Positions 9,944 through 18,989 of a stretch of DNA of 64,000 bases are shown one piece after another; within the stretch, counting starts at the first letter, position 1; every line of letters begins with the position of its first letter. Source of the DNA: Porphyromonadaceae bacterium UBA3318 (lineage in GTDB: Bacteria > Bacteroidota > Bacteroidia > Bacteroidales > Muribaculaceae); contig DESI01000005.1 of assembly GCA_002361235.1 (NCBI GenBank), positions 204 through 64,203 on the forward strand, written 5' to 3'. The notes beneath the pieces are model-generated. The model ran no database searches and was not told the origin of the DNA. It worked only from the letters and a program-made list of their open reading frames with translations. The translations under genes were made by a program, and so were the position numbers.

Positions 9944-10549
9944 ATGGATGCACTGATATACATAGGAATAGGAGCCAGCGTAATACTGCTTGCCTTACTG
10001 CTGGACACAGACGACATAAAGCTGACCAAGCCCGGCAAGGTCACTGATTATAAAGAGGTGCTTGACCGCCACACCGAGGAACTGATAGGCCACGAGGCAT
10101 ACGTGGCCATGCTTGACCGGGTGGACCGTATCCTGGACAGGCACCGCAACGATGCCTGTCTGAGCATAAACCTTACCTCGGCCGTGTCCGATGAGGATGC
10201 CGCCGACGAACTGCACCACGTCCTGCCCGGCGAACCGTTGGAGATGTCGCGGTACACCGACGGAGGCATGGAATGCGTCGGCGTATACTCACGCGGCCTT
10301 AAGATCGGGAGCCTTATGCTGGACGATGCCGAAATGTATATCAACACGGCAAACTCCAGATCCATCACCGGCATATATGTGGCGCGCCAGGACTGCTACG
10401 GAGACTACTCAAGGCTCGACCTCGGCATCATCGTATATTACAAGGCCGTGGAAAACACCCGACATCTCGCCATCAACGATATTAAGAATTATTTCCTGAA
10501 AATTCCGGCTTCATCACGCACCGCCGGAATGGATATAGCGCAGAACTGA
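9944..10549 (+). CDS. Membrane-anchored hypothetical protein with a possible degenerate HIRAN-like domain
   Basis: N-terminal TM helix; LHHVLPGEPLEM...VGVYSRGLKIGSL resembles the HIRAN pattern but lacks the EPxNxxD motif. Confidence 0.45.
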   Translation: MDALIYIGIGASVILLALLLDTDDIKLTKPGKVTDYKEVLDRHTEELIGHEAYVAMLDRVDRILDRHRNDACLSINLTSAVSDEDAADELHHVLPGEPLEMSRYTDGGMECVGVYSRGLKIGSLMLDDAEMYINTANSRSITGIYVARQDCYGDYSRLDLGIIVYYKAVENTRHLAINDIKNYFLKIPASSRTAGMDIAQN

Positions 10550-10615
10550 CACCTGTTCGCCGAATCCTGACGACACGGTTTTATAGGAGCAATGGCAAGA
10601 ATAATAAGTTTTGCG

Positions 10616-10646
10616 TTTGATTTATCTCCATTTTTGCTTATATTTG
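10616..10646 (+). promoter_or_regulatory. Sigma-A promoter of nrdJ
   Basis: TTTG (10616-10619), 19-bp spacer, TATATTTG (10639-10646). Confidence 0.7.
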
Positions 10647-10669
10647 CGATAAAATTATAAAAATCATAA

Positions 10670-13213
10670 ATGGAGACAGAAAAACCCACATACTCTTATA
10701 GCGAGGCCTACGAGGCTTCGCTTGCCTATTTCAACGGTGACGAACTTGCGGCCCGCGTATGGGTCAGCAAATATGCCCTGAAGGACTCCGGGCATAATAT
10801 CTACGAACTCACCCCGGCCGACATGCACCACCGCATCGCCGGCGAGATAGCCCGCATCGAGGCAAAATATCCCAACCCCATGAGCCACGAGGAGGTGTTC
10901 GAACTGCTCGACCGCTTCCGCTACGTTGTGCCTCAGGGTTCGCCCATGGCCGGCATAGGCAATAACCTGCAGGTGGGCTCGCTGTCCAACTGCTTCGTGA
11001 TCGGCCTGGACGGTCACCCCGATTCCTATGGCGGCATCATCCTGATCGACGAGGAGCAGGTGCAGCTCATGAAGCGTCGCGGCGGTGTGGGCCACGACCT
11101 GTCGCACATCCGCCCCAAGGGCACGCCTGTCAAGAACTCGGCGCTGACCTCCACCGGTCTCGTGCCGTTCATGGAGCGCTACTCCAACTCCACACGCGAG
11201 GTGGCCCAGGACGGACGCCGCGGCGCACTGATGATGACAGTGTCCATCAAGCATCCCGATGCCGAGAAATTTATTGACGCCAAGATGGAAGCCGGCAAGG
11301 TTACGGGCGCAAACGTATCGGTCAAGATCGACGACGACTTCATGCGTGCCGCAACCGAGGGACGCCCCTATACCCAGCAGTTCCCCATCAACTCCGACAA
11401 TCCCGAGACCAAGACCGAAATAGACGCCACGGCCCTGTGGAACAAGATAACGCACAATGCCTGGAAGTCGGCCGAGCCCGGCGTATTGTTCTGGGACACG
11501 GTGCTGCGCGAGTCAGTGCCCGACTGCTACGCCGACCTCGGTTTCGAGACCGTCTCCACCAACCCCTGCGGCGAGATTCCCCTCTGTCCCTACGACAGCT
11601 GCCGACTGGTGGCCATAAACCTGTACAGCTACGTAAAGAACCCCTTCACGCCGCAGGCCGAGTTCGATTTCGACCTTTTCCGCAAGCATGTGGCTAAGAC
11701 CCAGCGCGTGCTGGACGACATCATCGACCTGGAGATGGAGAAGATAGACGCCATCATCGCCAAGATAGAGACCGATCCTGAGACCGCCGAGGTGAAGGGT
11801 GCCGAGCTGAACCTGTGGCGCAAGATACGCACCAAGACCCTGATGGGGCGCCGCACGGGCGCCGGCACCACCGGCGAGGGCGACATGCTGGCCGCGATGG
11901 GCCTGCGTTATGGCTCGGACGAGGCCATCGAATTCTCGGTCAGGGTGCACCGCGAACTGATGCTGGCTTACTACCGAGCTTCGGTCGACATGGCCGAGGA
12001 GCGTGGCCCGTTCGAGGTGTACGATGCCAAGCGCGAGGAGAACAACCCCTTCATCGGCCGTCTGCGCGAGGCCGATCCCGAACTGTACGACAAGATGGTG
12101 CGCGTAGGTCGCCGCAACATCGCCTGCCTCACCATCGCTCCGACCGGCACCACGTCCATCATGACGCAGACTTCGTCGGGCATCGAGCCGGTGTTCCTCC
12201 CCGTCTACAAGCGCCGCCGCAAGGTCAACCCCAACGACGTGGACGTGCACGTGGACTTCGTGGACGAGACGGGCGATTCGTTCGAGGAATACATTGTCTA
12301 CCACCACAAATTCCTGGAGTGGATGCGCGTCAACGGCATCGAGCCTAAGAAGAACATGACCGCAGAGGAAATAGACGAGTTAGTGGCCAAGTCTCCGTAT
12401 TATAAGGCCACGGCCAACGACATCGACTGGATGGCCAAGGTGCGTATGCAGGGCGCCATCCAGAAATGGGTGGACCACAGCATCAGCGTCACCATCAACC
12501 TGCCGGCCGACGTGTCGGAGGAGCTGGTGAACCACCTCTACGTCGAGGCATGGAAGGCCGGCTGCAAGGGATGCACCGTCTACCGCGACGGAAGCCGCGA
12601 CAACGTGTTGGCGGCCGTAACCAAAAAGGAATCCAAGCATTCGCACTATATGGCCAGCCCCGAGGCCATCCAGAAGCGCCCGGCAGAACTGGAGGCCGAC
12701 GTGGTGCGTTTCCAGAACAACAAGGAGAAATGGATAGCGTTCATCGGCCTGGTCGACAACAAGCCTTACGAGATATTCACCGGTCTGGCCGACGACGAGG
12801 ACGGCATCTTCTGTCCCAAGAGCGTGAACCACGGCAAGATCATCAAGACCGTGGACGAGAACGGCAACAAACGCTATGACTTCCAGTTCATCAACAAGCG
12901 CGGCTACAAGACCACCATCGAGGGCCTGAGCGAGAAGTTCAACCCCGAGTTCTGGAACTATGCCAAACTGATTTCGGGCGTGCTGCGCTACGGAATGCCT
13001 ATCGAGCAGGTTCTCAAGCTGGTAGGCGGTCTGGAACTCGACTCCACCAGCATCAACACCTGGAAGATGGGCGTGGAGCGCGCGCTGAAGAAGTATATGC
13101 CCACCGGCACCGTGGCCAAGGGTCAGAAATGTCCCAAATGCGGCGCCGAGACCCTGGTATATCAGGAAGGCTGCCTGATATGCACCACCTGCGGCACATC
13201 CAAATGCGGATAA
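10670..13213 (+). CDS. nrdJ: Adenosylcobalamin-dependent (class II) ribonucleoside-diphosphate reductase
   Basis: SNCFVI, RRGGGVG, TNPCGEIPL, IAPTGTTS, KGCTVYRDGSR, C-terminal CPKCG/CTTCG. Confidence 0.93.
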   Translation: METEKPTYSYSEAYEASLAYFNGDELAARVWVSKYALKDSGHNIYELTPADMHHRIAGEIARIEAKYPNPMSHEEVFELLDRFRYVVPQGSPMAGIGNNLQVGSLSNCFVIGLDGHPDSYGGIILIDEEQVQLMKRRGGVGHDLSHIRPKGTPVKNSALTSTGLVPFMERYSNSTREVAQDGRRGALMMTVSIKHPDAEKFIDAKMEAGKVTGANVSVKIDDDFMRAATEGRPYTQQFPINSDNPETKTEIDATALWNKITHNAWKSAEPGVLFWDTVLRESVPDCYADLGFETVSTNPCGEIPLCPYDSCRLVAINLYSYVKNPFTPQAEFDFDLFRKHVAKTQRVLDDIIDLEMEKIDAIIAKIETDPETAEVKGAELNLWRKIRTKTLMGRRTGAGTTGEGDMLAAMGLRYGSDEAIEFSVRVHRELMLAYYRASVDMAEERGPFEVYDAKREENNPFIGRLREADPELYDKMVRVGRRNIACLTIAPTGTTSIMTQTSSGIEPVFLPVYKRRRKVNPNDVDVHVDFVDETGDSFEEYIVYHHKFLEWMRVNGIEPKKNMTAEEIDELVAKSPYYKATANDIDWMAKVRMQGAIQKWVDHSISVTINLPADVSEELVNHLYVEAWKAGCKGCTVYRDGSRDNVLAAVTKKESKHSHYMASPEAIQKRPAELEADVVRFQNNKEKWIAFIGLVDNKPYEIFTGLADDEDGIFCPKSVNHGKIIKTVDENGNKRYDFQFINKRGYKTTIEGLSEKFNPEFWNYAKLISGVLRYGMPIEQVLKLVGGLELDSTSINTWKMGVERALKKYMPTGTVAKGQKCPKCGAETLVYQEGCLICTTCGTSKCG

Positions 13214-13254
13214 TGTAAAGAATTATTTCAACAATCTAAATAAAATCAATACGT

Positions 13255-15930
13255 ATGGAACTCGTATTCAACATCAATTACCATACAGTCTGGGGCGAAA
13301 GCCTCTATCTGTGCGGTGATCTGGCGGAACTCGGCGACGGCGACCCCCACAAGGCGCTGGAGATGAAGCTCACCAGTCCCGACACGTGGCAGCTCACCCT
13401 GGACCTGGACTCCGACCCGTCGGACTTCAACTATTGGTTCGTGGTCAAGAGTCCCGACAAGGCTTGGCGCTTCGAATGGGGCAAGCCTCACAGATATGTG
13501 GCCGGTTCGGGCATCCGCTCGGTCCTGATTTTTGACTCATGGCACGAGCAGCCGCACGACAAGCCATTCTATTCATCGGCCTTCACCGAGGGCATATTCC
13601 ACCGCTCGCACCGCGATCAGCCCCTCAAGGCCCTGCCCGGCACCATCAACATCCGCGTGGAGGCACCGATGCTCAATCCCCACGAGGTACTGGCCGTAAC
13701 CGGCGAGGGCGACCTGCTGGGCAACTGGGACCCCAAGCAGGCCATCCGCCTGAACGACGCGCACTTCCCGGTGTGGGAGCTGAACCTGCCATTCGACCGT
13801 CTCCGTCCGCCGTTCGAGTATAAGTTCATCATTATAAACGACACCGACGGCTCCGTGCAGTGGGAGGCGGCCAACAACCGCATCTTCGGCATCGTGCCCG
13901 AAAGTTTCGACCAGCAGATAGTGATAGACGGCACACGCTTCGCCAATCCCAAGCCGGGCTGGCGCGGAACCGGTACGGCAATCCCCGTATTCTCCATCCG
14001 CACCGACGAGGACTTCGGCGTGGGCGACTTCATCGACATCAAGCAGATGGTGGACTGGTGCCACGCCACGGACCAGAACGTCCTGCAGCTGCTCCCCGTC
14101 AACGATACCACGCTTACCGGCACATGGGTGGATTCATACCCCTATCGCGCCAACTCCATCTTCGCGCTGCATCCCATGTTCCTGCGTCTGCAGGAGGTAG
14201 GCCGCCTCAACAGCACCAAGCGGATGAAGTATTTCGAGGAGAAGCAGGCCGAGCTAAACGCCCTGGAGCAGATTGACTATGAACTGGTCAACGCCGTGAA
14301 GCACGAGTATCTGCGCGAAATCTTCGCACAGGACTTCGCACAGACGGCCGCCACGCGCGACTATCAGGACTTCCTGCGCCACAACGACTACTGGCTGCGT
14401 CCGTACTCGGCATGGAGCGTGCTGCGCGACGAGAACCATACGTCCGACCACAGCCGGTGGGGCATGTATTCGGTCTATGACCCTGAGCGTGTCAACGAGT
14501 TCATCATGTCGCACAAGGCGGAGACGGACTATTACTGCTTCCTGCAGTATCATCTGGACCGTCAGCTGCACATAGCGCGCGACTACGCCCATTCGGCGGG
14601 CGTGGTGCTGAAGGGCGACATTCCGATTGGCATCTCGCGCCATAGTGTCGACGCTTGGTGCAATCCGGAGCTGTTCAACATGGACACCTCCGCGGGTGCG
14701 CCGCCGGATGATTTCTCCGTACTTGGCCAGAACTGGGGATTCCCCACCTACAACTGGGAGATGATGGCCCGCGACGGCTTCCAGTGGTGGAAGGACAGGT
14801 TCCGCAAGATGTCGGAGTATTTCGACGTGTTCCGTATCGACCATATCTTAGGTTTCTTCCGTATATGGCAGATTCCCCTGGATGCCGAGCATGGCCTGTT
14901 GGGTTACTTCAACCCTGCGTTGCCCTTTAGCGCCGACGAGTTGCGCGACCGTTACGACTTCTGGATCGATGCCGACGTCATGACACATCCCCTCATCCTG
15001 GACTGGATGCTTGACGACTTCTTCGGCCCGTACCGCAGCGAGGTTGTAGACACGTTCCTGGATCGTGTCAGTGGCGACCGTTACGCCCTGCGCCACTTCG
15101 TCAACACGCAGAAGAAGGTGGTGGAATACTTCGCCGACAAACCCGACGACGAGAAGCATCAGCGCATCAAGAACGCGCTGTTAGGCATCATCGACGACGT
15201 CCTGTTCATCGAGGATCCCTACCAGCCGGGCCATTACCATCCGCGCATCGCGGCGCAGTACACCTATCAGTTCCGCGTGCTGTCCGACTATGCGAAGTGG
15301 AACTTCAACCGTCTGTACAACGACTTCTTCTATCACCGTCACAACGACTTCTGGTATAGCAAGGCTATGTGGAAGCTGCCGCCGCTGCTCGACTCCACCT
15401 CGATGCTGGCCTGCGGCGAGGACCTCGGCATGATACCCGACTGTGTGCCCGCCGTGATGCACAAGATGGAGATTCTGTCACTCGAGATCCAGCGCATGCC
15501 CAAGGATCCGGCCCTGCAGTTCGGCGACACATGGCATTATCCTTACTATTCCGTCTGCACCACGTCGACTCACGACATGGGCGGCATCCGCGAATGGTGG
15601 GAAAGCGACCATGAAATGGCCCAGCGATTCTACAACAACGTGCTGCACGAGGGCGGCGGGGCACCGTACTTCGCCGAGCCGTGGATATGTTCAAAGATTG
15701 TGGAAATGCAGCTGAAGAGTCCGTCGATGCTCTGCATCCTGCCGTTGCAGGACTGGCTGTCGACCGATGGCGAGTTACGCCGCGAGAATCCCAAGGACGA
15801 AATCATCAACGTGCCGGCCAACCCGCGCCACTACTGGCGCTACCGCATGCACCTCAACGTCGGCCGCCTCATCGCCGAGCACGACTTCAACAACACCCTC
15901 AAAGAACAGATCCGAAACTCCGGCCGTTAA
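13255..15930 (+). CDS. malQ: 4-alpha-glucanotransferase (GH77) with two N-terminal CBM20-like domains
   Basis: YHTVWGESLYLCG, LGNWDP (CBM20); LKGDIPIG, QNWGFPTYNW, FRIDHILGFFRIW, CGEDLG. Confidence 0.93.
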   Translation: MELVFNINYHTVWGESLYLCGDLAELGDGDPHKALEMKLTSPDTWQLTLDLDSDPSDFNYWFVVKSPDKAWRFEWGKPHRYVAGSGIRSVLIFDSWHEQPHDKPFYSSAFTEGIFHRSHRDQPLKALPGTINIRVEAPMLNPHEVLAVTGEGDLLGNWDPKQAIRLNDAHFPVWELNLPFDRLRPPFEYKFIIINDTDGSVQWEAANNRIFGIVPESFDQQIVIDGTRFANPKPGWRGTGTAIPVFSIRTDEDFGVGDFIDIKQMVDWCHATDQNVLQLLPVNDTTLTGTWVDSYPYRANSIFALHPMFLRLQEVGRLNSTKRMKYFEEKQAELNALEQIDYELVNAVKHEYLREIFAQDFAQTAATRDYQDFLRHNDYWLRPYSAWSVLRDENHTSDHSRWGMYSVYDPERVNEFIMSHKAETDYYCFLQYHLDRQLHIARDYAHSAGVVLKGDIPIGISRHSVDAWCNPELFNMDTSAGAPPDDFSVLGQNWGFPTYNWEMMARDGFQWWKDRFRKMSEYFDVFRIDHILGFFRIWQIPLDAEHGLLGYFNPALPFSADELRDRYDFWIDADVMTHPLILDWMLDDFFGPYRSEVVDTFLDRVSGDRYALRHFVNTQKKVVEYFADKPDDEKHQRIKNALLGIIDDVLFIEDPYQPGHYHPRIAAQYTYQFRVLSDYAKWNFNRLYNDFFYHRHNDFWYSKAMWKLPPLLDSTSMLACGEDLGMIPDCVPAVMHKMEILSLEIQRMPKDPALQFGDTWHYPYYSVCTTSTHDMGGIREWWESDHEMAQRFYNNVLHEGGGAPYFAEPWICSKIVEMQLKSPSMLCILPLQDWLSTDGELRRENPKDEIINVPANPRHYWRYRMHLNVGRLIAEHDFNNTLKEQIRNSGR

Positions 15931-15978
15931 CTCTTCGGCCTAAATCCGGTCGTTAATTATCCGGTTTCCATTCATAGC

Positions 15979-16007
15979 AAAGCCCCGACTCGCCGAGCCG
16001 GGGCTTT
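15979..16007. terminator. Bidirectional terminator
   Basis: AAAGCCCCG / CGGGGCTTT stem between convergent genes. Confidence 0.75.
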
Positions 16008-16057
16008 GAATTCATACTCTTACCGTCATGCTTTACGCTTTATGCGTTGCGCATGAT

Positions 16058-17443
16058 TCATTTGCCGATGTATTTGCGACCGTTCTTGATATAGGGTTGA
16101 CCGGCGTTGGGACTCGCGATGCGACGGCCCGACAGATCGTAAAGGACATCGTTATCTCCACGGTCGGACATAACTTCCGTCATACCCGATGTGGCGTACT
16201 CCTGAAACTCATACTTCTCCAGGTTCACGAAATCGGCGTCGGTCACAGGCTCCTCGTCGTCATACGAATCGTAGTCAAGCTCCTTTACTACGTATGTCTC
16301 AGGCAATCCGGCCTGCGATGAATATGTCACCGCTCCCTTCTTATAGACCTCGTAATCATAGTAGCCGTCCATCATCATATAGTCCATATCCGTAAGGCAA
16401 TTATGCCATGCGTCATACTCAGTCTTGAGACGCATTTCCAGGGAATCCACAATAAATCCCATATTAGCCTTCACTATGATTTTCATGTCCATGCCGCCAT
16501 TTTCAAGAACCATGTTGCTGATGGAACTGCCGTTGATGTTCATGCCCTCCAACATGCCGTTTATCGTACCGTTATAACTACCGTTGTCAGTATATTCGAA
16601 CGCGAATATCAACTTGCTCATCGACTCATCCGCAGCGCCTGAATCAGTGTCAAATGTTTCAATCGTACACTTCTCAATAAGATTGCCGTCACGTACGAAC
16701 AAACCGAGCTCGTCGTATGGAATAAGCAACTGTCCGTTGGTTTCCTTCCATGTGATGTCATAATACCTGCTTGCAAGTTTCCAGCCATCCACATATTCAT
16801 AACCCGTAATCCTGTTCGCCTTGCCGTCCGCGCCATATTCCATGGTGAGTTTTTCGGATTCCTCGCCGTCCTCTGAATATACCACTTCCGTGACGTTTCC
16901 CTGGCCGTTACGCGTCACGCGGCATCCCTCCGACGTGCCGGCAACCCATCCGGCGCCATTGTATGTCTCCGTCACTTTCTTGATACAGAAATCCTTTACG
17001 ACAGTGTCGTACTCATAACGGGTCCGGATAGCGGGCATCAGCATCTGTCGGCTATCATTCCACAGGCTTTCCTCTTCCGCCTTGATATTTCCATCCGTGT
17101 CATAAGTATATACGGTTTCCCGAATCACCGTTCCCGCGGCATCTGCCTCCGACTCACGGCTAAGCCTGCCTTCAGGAGTGTAATCTCGCATTATGACAGT
17201 CGCCGGGCCCCAGGAGCCGTTCTGCCAATCGTATTTCAGTATCCTGCCCGGTAACGTCTTGGCTGACGAAGCGGCGCGTCGGTTCTTCTCCTGTCTGTGT
17301 TGCGTCAGCATTTGCGAAAATGTCCTGACTGCATCCGACCTCACGGCCTGTGCGTCAGCGGTTGTAGCCGACATCATACCGTTGCAGCATATAGCGCAGC
17401 ATACTCCCGTCAGCATCATGCGTAGTGTAGATTTCATTTTCAT
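16058..17443 (-). CDS. Secreted hypothetical protein with T9SS-type C-terminal tail
   Basis: Signal peptide; repeated YxYD...W beta-hairpin segments; tail VLYDLSGRRIASPNAGQPYIKNGRKYIGK. Confidence 0.6.
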   Translation of the reverse strand: MKMKSTLRMMLTGVCCAICCNGMMSATTADAQAVRSDAVRTFSQMLTQHRQEKNRRAASSAKTLPGRILKYDWQNGSWGPATVIMRDYTPEGRLSRESEADAAGTVIRETVYTYDTDGNIKAEEESLWNDSRQMLMPAIRTRYEYDTVVKDFCIKKVTETYNGAGWVAGTSEGCRVTRNGQGNVTEVVYSEDGEESEKLTMEYGADGKANRITGYEYVDGWKLASRYYDITWKETNGQLLIPYDELGLFVRDGNLIEKCTIETFDTDSGAADESMSKLIFAFEYTDNGSYNGTINGMLEGMNINGSSISNMVLENGGMDMKIIVKANMGFIVDSLEMRLKTEYDAWHNCLTDMDYMMMDGYYDYEVYKKGAVTYSSQAGLPETYVVKELDYDSYDDEEPVTDADFVNLEKYEFQEYATSGMTEVMSDRGDNDVLYDLSGRRIASPNAGQPYIKNGRKYIGK

Positions 17444-17495
17444 AGATTAAGTAAATAATTAAATTTATACATCGATTTTGGATATGGTCAGTCAA

Positions 17496-18185
17496 TCAGT
17501 CGGGTGCCTGCGGAGATTGCTTCGATTTACGGTGCCAGCCGCCGATGGTCAGACCTAAGGATATACCCACAGTGTTGTACCCTTTGCGCACGATGAATGC
17601 GTACCCCGTGAAACGAATCCAGCTGAACAGCTCGACACCGAACCGGGGAATAAAACTGAGAGTACAACCGTCTGTTTCATACGGATGCCAATATCCTACC
17701 GTTGAGTACACCGTATATCCGATGCCTAATCCCGCAAAAGGATTCAGTCTGTGTCCCTGACGAAAATTATAGTCTGATACAACACCAATGGTAAAAGTGC
17801 TATTTGACTGATCGGTTGTGTATAAGTCGGCTATATCCGGGTTGATAGGAGGCATCTTATTCTTGAAATCATAGCCCGTGCCGTCAAAACGCAGGAACGC
17901 GCCCACATCCCAGCCAGTATTCTTAATATTGCCGCGAAGTTCAAGACCGCAGGTCGTGGCACCATCCGCCCAGACGCCATGATACTTGAATCCGGTTCCG
18001 AGTCCGAAGAATATCTCGGCCTCGAAAGGCCAAACCCTTTCCGGTTTCTCCATAAACCGGAAACGGTTCGATTCCGGCTGAGTTGGTGCCGTCTGAGTTT
18101 GTTCCGTCTGGGCAAATACAGTCAGAAATGACAGTATTGCCACCAACGTTATTGCGACACGTTTCAATGATGCGTTCATACTCAT
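17496..18185 (-). CDS. Outer-membrane beta-barrel (porin-family/PorT-like) protein
   Basis: Signal peptide; alternating beta strands DYNFRQG..LNPFAGLGIGY, FIPRFGVELF, GISLGLTIG. Confidence 0.65.
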   Translation of the reverse strand: MSMNASLKRVAITLVAILSFLTVFAQTEQTQTAPTQPESNRFRFMEKPERVWPFEAEIFFGLGTGFKYHGVWADGATTCGLELRGNIKNTGWDVGAFLRFDGTGYDFKNKMPPINPDIADLYTTDQSNSTFTIGVVSDYNFRQGHRLNPFAGLGIGYTVYSTVGYWHPYETDGCTLSFIPRFGVELFSWIRFTGYAFIVRKGYNTVGISLGLTIGGWHRKSKQSPQAPD

Positions 18186-18294
18186 GTGTTTTGTTGTTTT
18201 TCTATATGACGCAAATATTCCCGGAAGGTTCTACCCTAAGACAAAAAATATTCATAATCTCCCGATTGTAGTGGAATCGTGGCGTGGCAGTGGC

Positions 18295-18378
18295 GTAGGC
18301 ACTCCGTGCCTCGCTCGCATCTTGACAGGAGAACAGTAGAACAGTAGCAGCTGTTTGTGCGTGGCACGAAGTGCCTAC
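18295..18378. repeat. Inverted pair of GTAG-type REP-like palindromes
   Basis: GTAGGCACTCCGTGCCTCGC (18295-18314) versus reverse complement of 18359-18378 GTAGGCACTTCGTGCCACGC, 18/20 identical, each self-complementary. Confidence 0.6.
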
Positions 18379-18451
18379 ACTACTATATTCATGTCCGGGA
18401 CAACCGGCGCTACCATTTCATAATCACTTGTTGTTCTGACTAATAGCCCAA

Positions 18452-18841
18452 TCATCGATTTTGGATTATGTTGACATACGTGTCGTCCGGCCCGTAATGA
18501 TGGAGTTCTATCTTGCGTTTTTGGCCTGTCTTATTAGGCTCGACCATAAAACGCGTGGACCTGTCTTTAGATGACACTTCTACTTTGAGCCAATTATGTG
18601 TGAATATAGTGTCATATTTATATATACAGAATATATCTTCATGCTTGGTCGATTGCTGTGGTTCAACATAGTAACCTCGGAAATCCAAATTCGAAGTAAT
18701 GGTACCGCCCTCGCTTGGAAACGTTATTTTACGCGGGAATCTTTTATCACGTTCATACAGGTGGCAACCTGACAGAACGATTCCCGACAATAAAATGGAC
18801 ATAAACAGTCCTATAAGCTTAACAATATTTTTTGAATTCAT
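18452..18841 (-). CDS. Small lipoprotein downstream of the C10 protease (BACON-like beta-sandwich; possible inhibitor)
   Basis: Lipobox LSGC; KITFPSEGGT, NWLKV, FMVEPNKTGQKR resemble BACON-type domains. Confidence 0.55.
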   Translation of the reverse strand: MNSKNIVKLIGLFMSILLSGIVLSGCHLYERDKRFPRKITFPSEGGTITSNLDFRGYYVEPQQSTKHEDIFCIYKYDTIFTHNWLKVEVSSKDRSTRFMVEPNKTGQKRKIELHHYGPDDTYVNIIQNR

Positions 18842-18939
18842 ACTTTTTTTATATAAAACTGATAAATCAATTCTTTTAGTATAAAACTATCTAATAATCC
18901 GAGAATTAATAATAATCATATTATCTACGGAGTCTGACA

Positions 18940-18970
18940 GGAAGTATTGTGGAAATTCCACAATACTTCC
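18940..18970. repeat. Perfect 15-bp inverted repeat with 1-nt centre
   Basis: GGAAGTATTGTGGAA-A-TTCCACAATACTTCC. Confidence 0.9.
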
Positions 18971-18989
18971 ATATCATTACTCGTAAGTT

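Noticed and set aside
10670-13213. Intein, intron or cobalamin riboswitch at nrdJ
   Set aside because: ORF is continuous, of ordinary length, with no splicing motifs; the leader is too short for a riboswitch
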